NCBI GenBank assembly: GCA_016712595.1 | Contig: JADJQT010000001.1 | Coordinates: forward strand, 1,028,309 to 1,052,308 | DNA from: Rhodospirillales bacterium | GTDB taxonomy: Bacteria; Pseudomonadota; Alphaproteobacteria; Rhodospirillales; Defluviicoccaceae | Direction: 5' to 3' | DNA: 24,000 bases | Part shown: in pieces, positions 15,990-23,960 of the stretch | How positions within the stretch are numbered: position 1 is the first letter of the stretch | Layout: the number at the start of each line of letters is the position of its first letter | The notes under the pieces: generated by a model | Told to the model about the DNA's origin: nothing | The model's database searches: none | What the model saw: the letters and a program-made list of their open reading frames with translations, nothing else | Program-made: the position numbers and the translations under genes

Positions 15990-16130
15990 ATGAGTTCGAT
16001 TCTTCGTATCGCCATCATCGCCGTCGTTGTGCTCCTCGTGGCTGGCGTCGCCCTCCTGGCAACAGTCGACCTGCAGCCGCCGACGCATCATATCGAGAAG
16101 GTCCTGCCGAACGAACAGTTCGCGCACTAG
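15990..16130 (+). CDS. Small single-pass membrane protein (hypothetical, 46 aa)
   Basis: ATG 15990 is preceded by GAAGG. The product is MSSILRIAIIAVVVLLVAGVALLATVDLQPPTHHIEKVLPNEQFAH, which has one clear TM helix. It lies between the divergent aroK and xerD genes. There is no homology evidence available to me beyond this plausibility. Confidence 0.45.
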   Translation: MSSILRIAIIAVVVLLVAGVALLATVDLQPPTHHIEKVLPNEQFAH

Positions 16131-16156
16131 CTGCGAGACTGAGGCGGAACCGCGCC

Positions 16157-17173
16157 GTGAGCTCCAGACGGAATTGCGGCGACGCTGCCGAGGCACCGCG
16201 TTCGCCCCCGCTATCGCCGGTATCGCTGCGCGCGCTCGAAACCTTTATCGAAATGATGTCGGCCGAGCGCGGTGCTGCCCGTAATACGCTCGACGCCTAT
16301 CACCGGGACCTGAGCGGATTTCTCGCCCACGCCGAACGTGCGGGCATGAACGCCATTTCGGCGGACAGTGAAACGCTGCGCGCGTACATGCTCGCCCAGG
16401 GGCAGGCGGACATGTCGGCCCGCACGGCGGCGCGCCGGCTGTCGGCGTTGCGTCAGTTCTTCCGCTTTCTTTTCGCCGAAGGAACCCGCGCCGACAACCC
16501 GGCTCTCGTCCTTGATGCGCCGAAGCAGCGCCCGGCCATGCCCAAATGCCTGAGCGAAGACGAGGTCGAGCGGCTGCTCGCCGCCGCCGCCGATCGTCCG
16601 GGTGCCGACGGCCGGCGGATGACGGCGATGCTTGAGATCCTCTACGCCACGGGCCTCCGCGTTTCCGAGCTCGTCGGACTGCCGCTCGCCGCGCTGGACC
16701 GGGACGGACGGACGCTGATCGTCCGTGGTAAGGGCAGCAAGGAGCGCATGGTGCCGCTGACCGAGCCGGCAATCGATGCGATCGCCACCTATCTCGACGT
16801 GCGCGAGCATTTTCTCGCGCACGGCCACCTCAGGAGGCGCGCGGCGCAAAAACCCTGGCTGTTTCCTTCGCGCTCCGGCGCCGGGCATCTGACCCGCATC
16901 CGGTTCGGCCAGTTGCTCAAGGAGACGGCAGTCGCGGCCGGCCTCGCGCCCGGGCGCGTCTCGCCGCACGTCCTGCGGCACTCCTTTGCCAGTCATTTGC
17001 TGGCGCACGGTGCCGACCTGCGCAGCCTGCAACAGCTCCTCGGCCACGCCGACATCGGCACGACGCAGATCTATACCCACGTGCTCGATGCCCGGCTCAA
17101 GGCGCTCGTCGAGCGTGCGCATCCCTTGGCTCGCCGCGCCGCACCGCCCGAGGACGAACCAGAACGGCCGTGA
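16157..17173 (+). CDS. xerD: Site-specific tyrosine recombinase XerD
   Basis: The core reads LETFIEMMSAERGAARNTLDAYHRDL...ATGLRVSELVGL...HVLRHSFASHLLAHGADLRSLQQLLGHADIGTTQIYTHV, which carries the R..HxxR..Y catalytic signature. The start is uncertain. GTG 16157 is the only in-frame start that keeps the first helix and lies after the small-ORF stop. Track start 15932 is an unlikely extension. Confidence 0.88.
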   Translation: MSSRRNCGDAAEAPRSPPLSPVSLRALETFIEMMSAERGAARNTLDAYHRDLSGFLAHAERAGMNAISADSETLRAYMLAQGQADMSARTAARRLSALRQFFRFLFAEGTRADNPALVLDAPKQRPAMPKCLSEDEVERLLAAAADRPGADGRRMTAMLEILYATGLRVSELVGLPLAALDRDGRTLIVRGKGSKERMVPLTEPAIDAIATYLDVREHFLAHGHLRRRAAQKPWLFPSRSGAGHLTRIRFGQLLKETAVAAGLAPGRVSPHVLRHSFASHLLAHGADLRSLQQLLGHADIGTTQIYTHVLDARLKALVERAHPLARRAAPPEDEPERP

Positions 17174-17356
17174 GCATTCCGTTCTCTGTAGAGACGAAGG
17201 GCACCTGTCGTCTATAAGCATGCCGGAATGGAATCGATCGGGCGCGCGCCCGACGGCTCGCCTCCGTTCGTCGGCTGATCGCTTCCCCGCGGAAGGGCGC
17301 CGTACCCACAATTATGGCCGAGCGGAGCGAGCCGGCCACCAGTTCACCATGAGCCG

Positions 17357-18310
17357 ATGCGAACGTTTCTGGATTTCGAGAAACCGATTGCCGAGCTCGA
17401 GAGCAAGATCACCGAGCTTCGCCATCTCAGCAGCAGCAGCGATTTGAACATCGCTGACGAGGTGACCCGCCTGCAAGGCAAGCTCGACTCGCTCCTGAAG
17501 CAAACCTACAGCCGGCTGACACCGTGGCAGAAGACACAGGTGGCACGGCACGTCGAGCGACCGCACACGGCTGATTATCTGGACCGCCTCGTCGATGGTT
17601 TCGTGCCGCTCTCCGGCGATCGCGCCTTTGCCGAGGATCCCGCAATGATCTGCGGTATCGGCCGTTTGGGTGGTCGGGCCTGCATGTTCATCGGCCAGGA
17701 AAAGGGAGCGGATACCGAAGGCCGGCTGAAGCACAACTTCGGCATGCCGCGGCCGGAAGGCTATCGCAAGGCGCAGCGGCTGATGCACCTCGCCGATCGC
17801 TTTGGCCTGCCGGTCGTCACGCTGATCGATACCCCCGGCGCCTATCCGGGTGTCGACGCCGAGGCACGCGGCCAGGCCGAGGCGATCGCCCGGTCGATCG
17901 AGACTTGCCTTGCCCTCTCGGTACCGCTGGTCAGCGTCGTCATCGGCGAAGGCGGCTCCGGGGGGGCGCTCGCGCTTGCGGTCGGCAACCAAGTGATGAT
18001 GCTCGAGCATGCGATCTATTCGGTGATTTCCCCGGAAGGCTGTGCCTCGATCCTCTGGCGCGACAGCGAGCAGGCAAAGACGGCGGCGCAGGCGCTACGC
18101 CTGACCGCCCAGGACTTGAAATCCCTTGGCGTCATTGATGCGATTATTCCCGAACCTCTGGGCGGCGCCCATCGCACGCCACAGAGCGCCATCGATGCCA
18201 CGGGTACGGCGATCGAACGCGCTCTCGATGAGCTTGCCGCCATCGACGCCGCAACTATCCGGCAGAACCGGAAGGAAAAGTTTCTTGCTATGGGGGCATT
18301 CGCGCGCTGA
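17357..18310 (+). CDS. accA: Acetyl-CoA carboxylase carboxyltransferase subunit alpha
   Basis: 317-aa ORF reading [22 protein letters not shown]...[12 protein letters not shown]...[24 protein letters not shown]...[12 protein letters not shown], the canonical AccA sequence. Confidence 0.95.
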   Translation: MRTFLDFEKPIAELESKITELRHLSSSSDLNIADEVTRLQGKLDSLLKQTYSRLTPWQKTQVARHVERPHTADYLDRLVDGFVPLSGDRAFAEDPAMICGIGRLGGRACMFIGQEKGADTEGRLKHNFGMPRPEGYRKAQRLMHLADRFGLPVVTLIDTPGAYPGVDAEARGQAEAIARSIETCLALSVPLVSVVIGEGGSGGALALAVGNQVMMLEHAIYSVISPEGCASILWRDSEQAKTAAQALRLTAQDLKSLGVIDAIIPEPLGGAHRTPQSAIDATGTAIERALDELAAIDAATIRQNRKEKFLAMGAFAR

Positions 18311-18787
18311 TTTTGCGATTGCTCGACCGTTTAACGAGGCGACAGAACCTCTTCTCGCCGATTATCCGACCGTTTCTCGCCTGGAAGTTGTGGCGCTTTG
18401 AGTTCGGAATACCCCTAAACGCTGTGGCGATCCAACGCTGAGGCGAGCTCTCGCGATCAGCATTCAGCTCCATCTACGTATCCGAGCAGAGTGCCGGATT
18501 GTTCGGGTTAATCCGGATCAGCCACCCAAAATTCCGTCAAAATCCTGCCACGAATCCTATGTGAGTCGTTTCGCACTTAGCTGAACGACCGTTGCTAAGC
18601 TCTTCTAATCAAGGTGGTTTTGTCCGTTGCGCCGGGTTCGTCGAGCGTGTATGCAGCGCCCGCGAACGAGTACCGATTTCGTTCGCGATCTCGGCCCCGC
18701 CGGCGTCATTCGGCCCCCTGGAACGGGAGATGCCAATCGGTCCGAGCACGCTTCGCGTTGGATACCTCACAGAAGGTCTAAGACAAC

Positions 18788-21094
18788 ATGGCAACGATCA
18801 ACGGGACAGCAGGTAACGATACGATCAGGCCGGGCACCGTGTCTGCCGGCGTGACAGGCGGACAACCGGGCGCGGGGGCCGATTTGATTTCCGCACTGGG
18901 AGGGAATGACTATGTCCTCGCCGATGAGGGCAACAACACCGTCATCGGTGGCACCGGCAATGATACCATTTACGGCGGGAGCGGGGCCGACAGCATCAAC
19001 GGCGGTGCCGACAACGACTATCTACAAGCCTACGATGGCAACAATACCGTCATCGGAGATATCGGCAACGATACCATCTATGCCGGAAGCGGTGCGGATT
19101 CGCTGAACGGCGGCGTGGGCAACGATTACATCACCTACAGCGGTAACGCCGGCATCGGCGATACGATCATCGCCGGTGACGGCAATGATACAATCTATGC
19201 CAGCGACCTTTCCGCGGTGGTTAATGCCGGTGCCGGCAGCGATTGGGTACAGATCGACGGTCTCGTCGGTGTCAATTACAACCTCGCGGCGCTCGGCATC
19301 GAGACCATCTACGGCAGCGATGGCGCCGGCGATACCCTCAACGGCTCCGGTCAGTCGGTCGTGATCGCGCTTTACGGGCGCGGCGGCGACGATTCACTGG
19401 TCGGCGGAACGGCATCGGACTATCTCAACGCCGGTTCCGGCGACAATACCGTCGTTGGCGGCGCCGGCAACGATACGATCTACGGTAGCGGCGGCGGCAA
19501 CGACAACTTTGTCGCTGGCGACGGCAACGACTACATGAACGCCTACGGCGGCGATAATACCGTCGATGGCGGCGCCGGCAACGATACGATCTATGCCCAG
19601 GACGGCAACGATCGCATCGTCACCGGCATCGGTGATGACTACGTGAGTGCCGGCTACGGCGATGACTCGATCAACGGCGGCGACGGCAACGACAACCTCG
19701 ATTCCGGCGGCGGCGCGGATACAGTGATCGGTGCCGGTGGGAACGATACGATCACCGTCGACGGCGACGTCGCGGTGGTGAGCGGCGGGGCCGGTACCGA
19801 CTACCTCTACGTCCAGGGCTCGCACGGATTGACCCTGAACGTCGCCGCGACGGGCTTCGAGTGGGTATCCGGAAGCAACGGCAAGGATGTTTTCGACGCC
19901 ACGAACTCGACCGTCGCGGTCACGCTCTACGGCTATGGCGGGAGTGATCTGCTGAAAGGCGGCTCGGCGTCGGATTATCTCGACGGCGGCAACGGCCACA
20001 ACACCATCTTCGGCAACGGCGGTGACGACAACATCCGCGGCAGCGACAACGGCAGCGATTCGCTCGCCGGCGGCGCGGGCAACGATCAGATTTATGCCTA
20101 CGATGGAAACGACCACCTGACAGGGGACTCCGGCAACGACACCCTCTACGGCTACGGCGGCAATGATACGATCTCCGGCGGTACCGGCACCGACTACATG
20201 GACGGCGGCGCTGACAACGATACGCTCGACTATTCCTACCTGACGGCGGGGACCGCCGGCATCTCGGTGGATCTGGTATCGGGCACGGTCACGCTCTCGC
20301 CGGTCACGGGCGAAGGCAGCGAGCGGGCCTACAACTTCGAAAACATCATCAGCGGCGCGGGGGCGGACGTCCTGACCGGCAGCGGTGCGAACAACCGGAT
20401 CATCGCCGGCGCGGGCGCGGACACGCTCTTCGGCGGGCTCGGCAACGATACGCTGGACGGCGGTGCCGGCAAGGATTCGATGACCGGCGGCGGCGGCAAC
20501 GACACCTACTTCGTCGATCTGTCCGGCGACAAGGTCGTCGAACTGGCCGGCGAGGGCAACGATCTGGTGATGAGTAGCGCCACTTTTACCCTTGGCGCCA
20601 ACGTCGAACGACTGACCTTGACCGGCACCGCCGCGATCAACGGTACGGGCCAGGCGCTCGGAAACACCCTGATCGGCAATGCCGGGAACAACGTCCTCTC
20701 CGGGCTCGCCGGCAACGATACTCTGACCGGTGGCGCCGGCACCGACGTGCTTTCGGGCGGAGTTGGCAATGACAAATTCGTCTTCGCCGCCGCCGGCGAA
20801 TCCGCGGTCGGCGCTGCTCACGATACGATCACGAGCTTCGACGGCGTGGGGGGGGCGCTTGGCGATCTCATCGATCTGTCGATCATCGACGCCAACAGCG
20901 TCGCTGCCGGCAATCAGGCATTCACCTTCATCGGCACGGCGGCGTTCTCAGGGCTGGGGCAGGTGCACGCTATCGCCAGTGGTGCGGATACCCTGATCCA
21001 GGCCAACATCACCGGCTCTCTCGCGGCGGACTTCGAGATCCTGGTCAAGGGTGCGGCGGCCGCAGCCTGGCTCGCCGGTGATTTCGTCCTTTAA
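18788..21094 (+). CDS. RTX-type calcium-binding repeat protein (putative type I secretion substrate, no recognisable catalytic domain)
   Basis: 768-aa ORF. Glycine/aspartate nonapeptide repeats (GGxGNDTIY-type) start at residue ~5 and continue throughout. There is no N-terminal signal peptide. The C-terminal region ...DLIDLSIIDANSVAAGNQAFTFIGTAAFSGLGQVHAIASGADTLIQANITGSLAADFEILVKGAAAAAWLAGDFVL resembles the C-terminal domain common to alphaproteobacterial RTX/serralysin-type T1SS substrates. Confidence 0.88.
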   Translation: MATINGTAGNDTIRPGTVSAGVTGGQPGAGADLISALGGNDYVLADEGNNTVIGGTGNDTIYGGSGADSINGGADNDYLQAYDGNNTVIGDIGNDTIYAGSGADSLNGGVGNDYITYSGNAGIGDTIIAGDGNDTIYASDLSAVVNAGAGSDWVQIDGLVGVNYNLAALGIETIYGSDGAGDTLNGSGQSVVIALYGRGGDDSLVGGTASDYLNAGSGDNTVVGGAGNDTIYGSGGGNDNFVAGDGNDYMNAYGGDNTVDGGAGNDTIYAQDGNDRIVTGIGDDYVSAGYGDDSINGGDGNDNLDSGGGADTVIGAGGNDTITVDGDVAVVSGGAGTDYLYVQGSHGLTLNVAATGFEWVSGSNGKDVFDATNSTVAVTLYGYGGSDLLKGGSASDYLDGGNGHNTIFGNGGDDNIRGSDNGSDSLAGGAGNDQIYAYDGNDHLTGDSGNDTLYGYGGNDTISGGTGTDYMDGGADNDTLDYSYLTAGTAGISVDLVSGTVTLSPVTGEGSERAYNFENIISGAGADVLTGSGANNRIIAGAGADTLFGGLGNDTLDGGAGKDSMTGGGGNDTYFVDLSGDKVVELAGEGNDLVMSSATFTLGANVERLTLTGTAAINGTGQALGNTLIGNAGNNVLSGLAGNDTLTGGAGTDVLSGGVGNDKFVFAAAGESAVGAAHDTITSFDGVGGALGDLIDLSIIDANSVAAGNQAFTFIGTAAFSGLGQVHAIASGADTLIQANITGSLAADFEILVKGAAAAAWLAGDFVL

Positions 21095-21330
21095 GTCGTT
21101 TGCGTGCCGCGCGGACGGCGGAGGCTTCTGAAAAAGGCCCCCATCGCACCGCGCGGCGTCTCGCCGCCGGCACCGATTTCGGCGATAGATGCCTCGACAT
21201 CCGAAACAACACGGCCGGCTCCGGTCGTGGCGCCGCGATATTTGGAAGGTCGTTGCAGGCGCAATCGATCATGCGCCGATCGACAAACGCATCCGGTTTA
21301 TGGTGTCGAAGGTGTGGCCCGACACCTCAA

Positions 21331-21792
21331 CTACGAACAGTGGTCCAGCGGCTCCGACGACGGTGCGTGATTTGCTTCCACCATTGGCAAGATGGCATTC
21401 GGGCGCGCGCTGGCGAGACTGGCGTTCAAGCCTTCGATCATCCGGCAGTTGAGGTTGATCAGCGGATCGAAGGACGCCTTGGCGCGGCGAACGTCGTCGG
21501 CATAGCGCTGGGCCCACAGACCCAGCGAGATCAGCTGAGCGCGCAAAGCTTCCGGGAGCTTGTTGTCATCGCTGGCAAGATCAGCGACGAGGCTCGACCA
21601 GACCAAGTCGTTCTGGTAGAGGGCTTGGGCGACCTGTTTGGCGACGTCGAGCGGCGTCGCCGAACTGCTTGGTTGGGTTCGCGCGCTGCTGGCTTTCTCC
21701 AGCAGCGCGTTGCATTTCTGGAACACGACCATTTCGATCCGGCGGGCATCGGTCGTCTTGTCCTGAGCGGATTGATAAGTCTTGATCGACAT
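21331..21792 (-). CDS. flaF: Flagellar biosynthesis regulator FlaF
   Basis: 153-aa ORF reading MSIKTYQSAQDKTTDARRIEMVVFQKCNALL...NKLPEALRAQLISLGLWAQRY...LINLNCRMIEGL. This follows the FlaF family pattern, and the gene lies adjacent to flbT. Confidence 0.85.
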   Translation of the reverse strand: MSIKTYQSAQDKTTDARRIEMVVFQKCNALLEKASSARTQPSSSATPLDVAKQVAQALYQNDLVWSSLVADLASDDNKLPEALRAQLISLGLWAQRYADDVRRAKASFDPLINLNCRMIEGLNASLASARPNAILPMVEANHAPSSEPLDHCS

Positions 21793-21892
21793 GGACGCTT
21801 CCCTTTCTGCTAAATCGACCCGGTTGGTCGACGCGACGTCATATCGCGCCGGTGACGATCACCGACATCCCCGGTGTTTCGCCAACGCTGGT

Positions 21893-22351
21893 TCAAGCGC
21901 GCGCGTCAGCGACGGAATTGCGCATCGCCGCGACGACGCTGGTGCTCGCTTCCGAATTCATGCCCAATAGTCTTCGTTCATGCGGCAGCGCGTCGCGCAA
22001 GGCCTTGAGCGCCGAGCCGAACTGGTCCTGGCCGACGAAAGCCACGGCGGCGTCCACAGCGGAAAGGATGCTGGGTTCGCTCACGGCATCCTTGATCTCC
22101 CGCACGAGCTCAAGAAATCGGAGCTGCGCATCATCACGCTGATCGGGATCGATGTAGGTGATCTGAAGCCAGTACATGACGCGAAGCAACGGGGTGAGCG
22201 CGTCTTCCGGCATCAGGATTTCGCGCTCCCGCATGAAATTGACCTTGTTCAGAAGCTCGATGGTGAGCGGGTGACGCGCGGACTTGTTGCGGATGACGGC
22301 ACCGTTGACGACGAGCCTCTCTCGCGGCTTCAGGCTGATATTGAGGGGCAA
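21893..22351 (-). CDS. flbT: Flagellar biosynthesis repressor FlbT
   Basis: 152-aa ORF with a TTG start (22351..22349) and a GGAGA Shine-Dalgarno upstream. MPLNISLKPRERLVVNGAVIRNKSARHPLTIELLNKVNFMREREILMPEDALTP matches the FlbT family N-terminus. Confidence 0.88.
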   Translation of the reverse strand: MPLNISLKPRERLVVNGAVIRNKSARHPLTIELLNKVNFMREREILMPEDALTPLLRVMYWLQITYIDPDQRDDAQLRFLELVREIKDAVSEPSILSAVDAAVAFVGQDQFGSALKALRDALPHERRLLGMNSEASTSVVAAMRNSVADARA

Positions 22352-22405
22352 TCGAGCGTCTCCGAGCGTATCGTTTTGTTCAATGACCGATCATCGCCCG
22401 GATAA

Positions 22406-22422
22406 GGTTAAGGCGAGGTTAA
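22406..22422 (-). promoter_or_regulatory. CtrA-type box upstream of flbT: TTAACC-TCGCC-TTAACC (TTAA-N7-TTAAC)
   Basis: The minus strand reads TTAACCTCGCCTTAACC, 55-71 nt upstream of the flbT TTG start. It matches the full CtrA consensus TTAA-N7-TTAAC exactly. Confidence 0.6.
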
Positions 22423-22460
22423 TTGCCCTGCGAAGAGGCAGTGTGCCGGGAAGGGACACG

Positions 22461-22491
22461 AAAAAAGGCCCCGGGGCAGTGCGCCGGAGCC
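22461..22491 (-). terminator. Rho-independent terminator downstream of the flagellin gene
   Basis: The minus-strand RNA forms GGCUCCGG-CGCACUGCC-CCGGGGCC (8-bp stem including one G-U pair) followed by U6 (plus-strand A-run 22461..22466). A second imperfect hairpin at ~22521..22550 lies directly after the stop codon. Confidence 0.7.
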
Positions 22492-22553
22492 TTCTCTTTC
22501 GCGTTCGCAGGGGCGCGGCGGTAACCCGCCGCGTTCTTCGCGGGTTATCGTTC

Positions 22554-23768
22554 CTAGCCGCGGAACAGCGACAGGATCGAGCTCGGCTGGCTGTTGGCGA
22601 TGCTGAGCGCCTGGATGCCAAGCTGCTGGCGCGTCTGCAGTGCCTGCAGGTTGGCGCTTTCCTCAGCCATGTCGGCATCGACGAGCTGACCCACGCCAGT
22701 GGTCAGCGAGTCGGTCAGCGAGCTTACGAACTTCGCCGACGCGTCGAGGTAGTTGCTGGCGGTACCGAGGGCCGCGACCGCGGCATTGACCGTATCGATC
22801 GCCGAGTTGACCGCGGTGAACGCCGTGGAAGCCGCCGTGCCAATGGCGCCGGCCGTAAGGCCGCCGGCGGTGATGGTCTGGGTTGCCGCAGTCAACGTGC
22901 CGGAGCTGGAGACGTCGAACGAGCCATCCTCGTTGTTGACGACGGTGAAACCGGCATCGCGCATCACATCGAACAACTTGCCCAGGGTTTGTGAGGGCGT
23001 GTCACTCGCCGTGTCGCTGACGACGGCAAATGCGACGGTGCCGGCAGCCGCGTTCGGATCGGTCGTCGTGTCCGTCGCGGTGGTCAGCGCGTTGCCACCG
23101 CCATCGTTGATTTCAAAGGTGTAGTTGATCGCATTGCCGGCAGCATTGGTCATGGTCAGCGAAATCGTATCGCCCTCCGCGAACGCAAGGCCGTTAGACT
23201 GGGCGAAATTGACGCTGGTATTGCCGGTAACGCTGAGGCTGCCGATGCCGAGCGTCGCCGATGTCAGGTCCTGGGCGGCCACGTTGTAGGAGGCGATGCT
23301 TTCGCTGGTCGCCGACGTGCGATTGAGACCAGTAAGCACGTCGAGGCCATTGGCGTTGGTGCCGTCCAGCAGGTTGACGCCGTTGAACTGGGCGGCGGAA
23401 ACGATGCTGTCGATGCTGCTGACGATGCTGTCCATGTCCTGCTGGATCTTGCCAAGGTCAACGTTCTGCTGCTGGCCTTCGGTGACCTTCGACTTCAGCT
23501 CGTTCAGCTTGTCCGAGATCTGCTCGGCGGCGCTGAGTGCCACACCCGAGGTCGACTTGCCGAGCGCGATGCTCTGCGAGGCGGACTTCAGCCCGGCGAT
23601 ATCGCCGCGCATGCCCTGGGCGATGGTGAAGGTCGAGGCGTTGTCGGCCGCGCCCGCCACCTTCATGCCGGTGGTGATGCGGTTCTGGGTCGTCGACATC
23701 GCCTTCTGCGTGTTGTTCAGCGACTGCAGGGCGGCGAGGGCGTTGTTGTTGGTGACGACGGAAAACAT
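22554..23768 (-). CDS. Flagellin
   Basis: 404-aa ORF. The conserved N-terminal domain is MFSVVTNNNALAALQSLNNTQKAMSTTQNRITTGMKVAGAADNASTFTIAQGMR and the C-terminal domain is ...LQALQTRQQLGIQALSIANSQPSSILSLFRG. The central region is Thr/Ala/Ser/Gly-rich and variable. Confidence 0.95.
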   Translation of the reverse strand: MFSVVTNNNALAALQSLNNTQKAMSTTQNRITTGMKVAGAADNASTFTIAQGMRGDIAGLKSASQSIALGKSTSGVALSAAEQISDKLNELKSKVTEGQQQNVDLGKIQQDMDSIVSSIDSIVSAAQFNGVNLLDGTNANGLDVLTGLNRTSATSESIASYNVAAQDLTSATLGIGSLSVTGNTSVNFAQSNGLAFAEGDTISLTMTNAAGNAINYTFEINDGGGNALTTATDTTTDPNAAAGTVAFAVVSDTASDTPSQTLGKLFDVMRDAGFTVVNNEDGSFDVSSSGTLTAATQTITAGGLTAGAIGTAASTAFTAVNSAIDTVNAAVAALGTASNYLDASAKFVSSLTDSLTTGVGQLVDADMAEESANLQALQTRQQLGIQALSIANSQPSSILSLFRG

Positions 23769-23943
23769 GGAAATCTGCCTTCAATCTCGAAGTTGCTGGA
23801 GATGTGCCGGCTTGGCCGCGCGTCGCTTTGAGCGACTGAAGGAGGACGAGGCGCTGATGACGCCGTGGTCGATCCCGGCAGGGGTTCCTGCCTTGCCGCG
23901 GGCGAAAAGGTCCCGCTGGCAAGTCCGGATCATGCGCCCCGCC

Positions 23944-23960
23944 GGTTAAAAAAAGGTTAA
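23944..23960 (-). promoter_or_regulatory. CtrA-type box upstream of the flagellin gene: TTAACC-TTTTT-TTAACC (TTAA-N7-TTAAC)
   Basis: The minus strand reads TTAACCTTTTTTTAACC, 176-192 nt upstream of the flagellin ATG at 23768. It has the same half-sites and spacing as the box upstream of flbT. Confidence 0.5.

Noticed and set aside
15932-17311. xerD as a 413-aa protein starting at 15932, the antisense ORF 16211..17311, and xerD as the integrase of a mobile element
   Set aside because: The 5' extension overlaps the small membrane-protein ORF and adds ~75 residues not found in XerD proteins. The antisense ORF is a shadow. The gene has housekeeping XerD motifs and core-gene neighbours (aroK, accA). 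I saw no flanking tRNA, direct repeats or cargo genes, so I do not call a mobile element.
18581-18609. A sigma-70-like promoter for the RTX gene (CTGAAC-N17-TCTAAT)
   Set aside because: Only 3 of 6 positions match in the -35 element, and there is no supporting evidence. This is too weak to report as a feature.
18906-20821. Periodic DNA repeats across the RTX gene as a possible CRISPR or tandem-repeat array, and the 475-aa antisense ORF 19394..20821
   Set aside because: The periodicity comes from GGxGxD nonapeptide codons within one continuous ORF. There are no constant-length repeats with unique spacers. The antisense ORF is a shadow produced by the GC-rich repetitive codons.
23877-23892. 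A sigma-54 promoter for the flagellin gene at AGGCAGGAACCCCTGC (minus strand)
   Set aside because: The GG and GC elements are one base too far apart relative to TGGCAC-N5-TTGC, and sigma-54 spacing is strict. The sequence is better explained as a GGCAGG/CCTGCC hairpin.
21100-23949. Plus-strand ORFs 21100..21813, 21980..22405, 22284..22994, 22753..23124 and 23296..23949
   Set aside because: They are antisense to flaF, flbT and the flagellin gene, all of which have clear family signatures on the minus strand.
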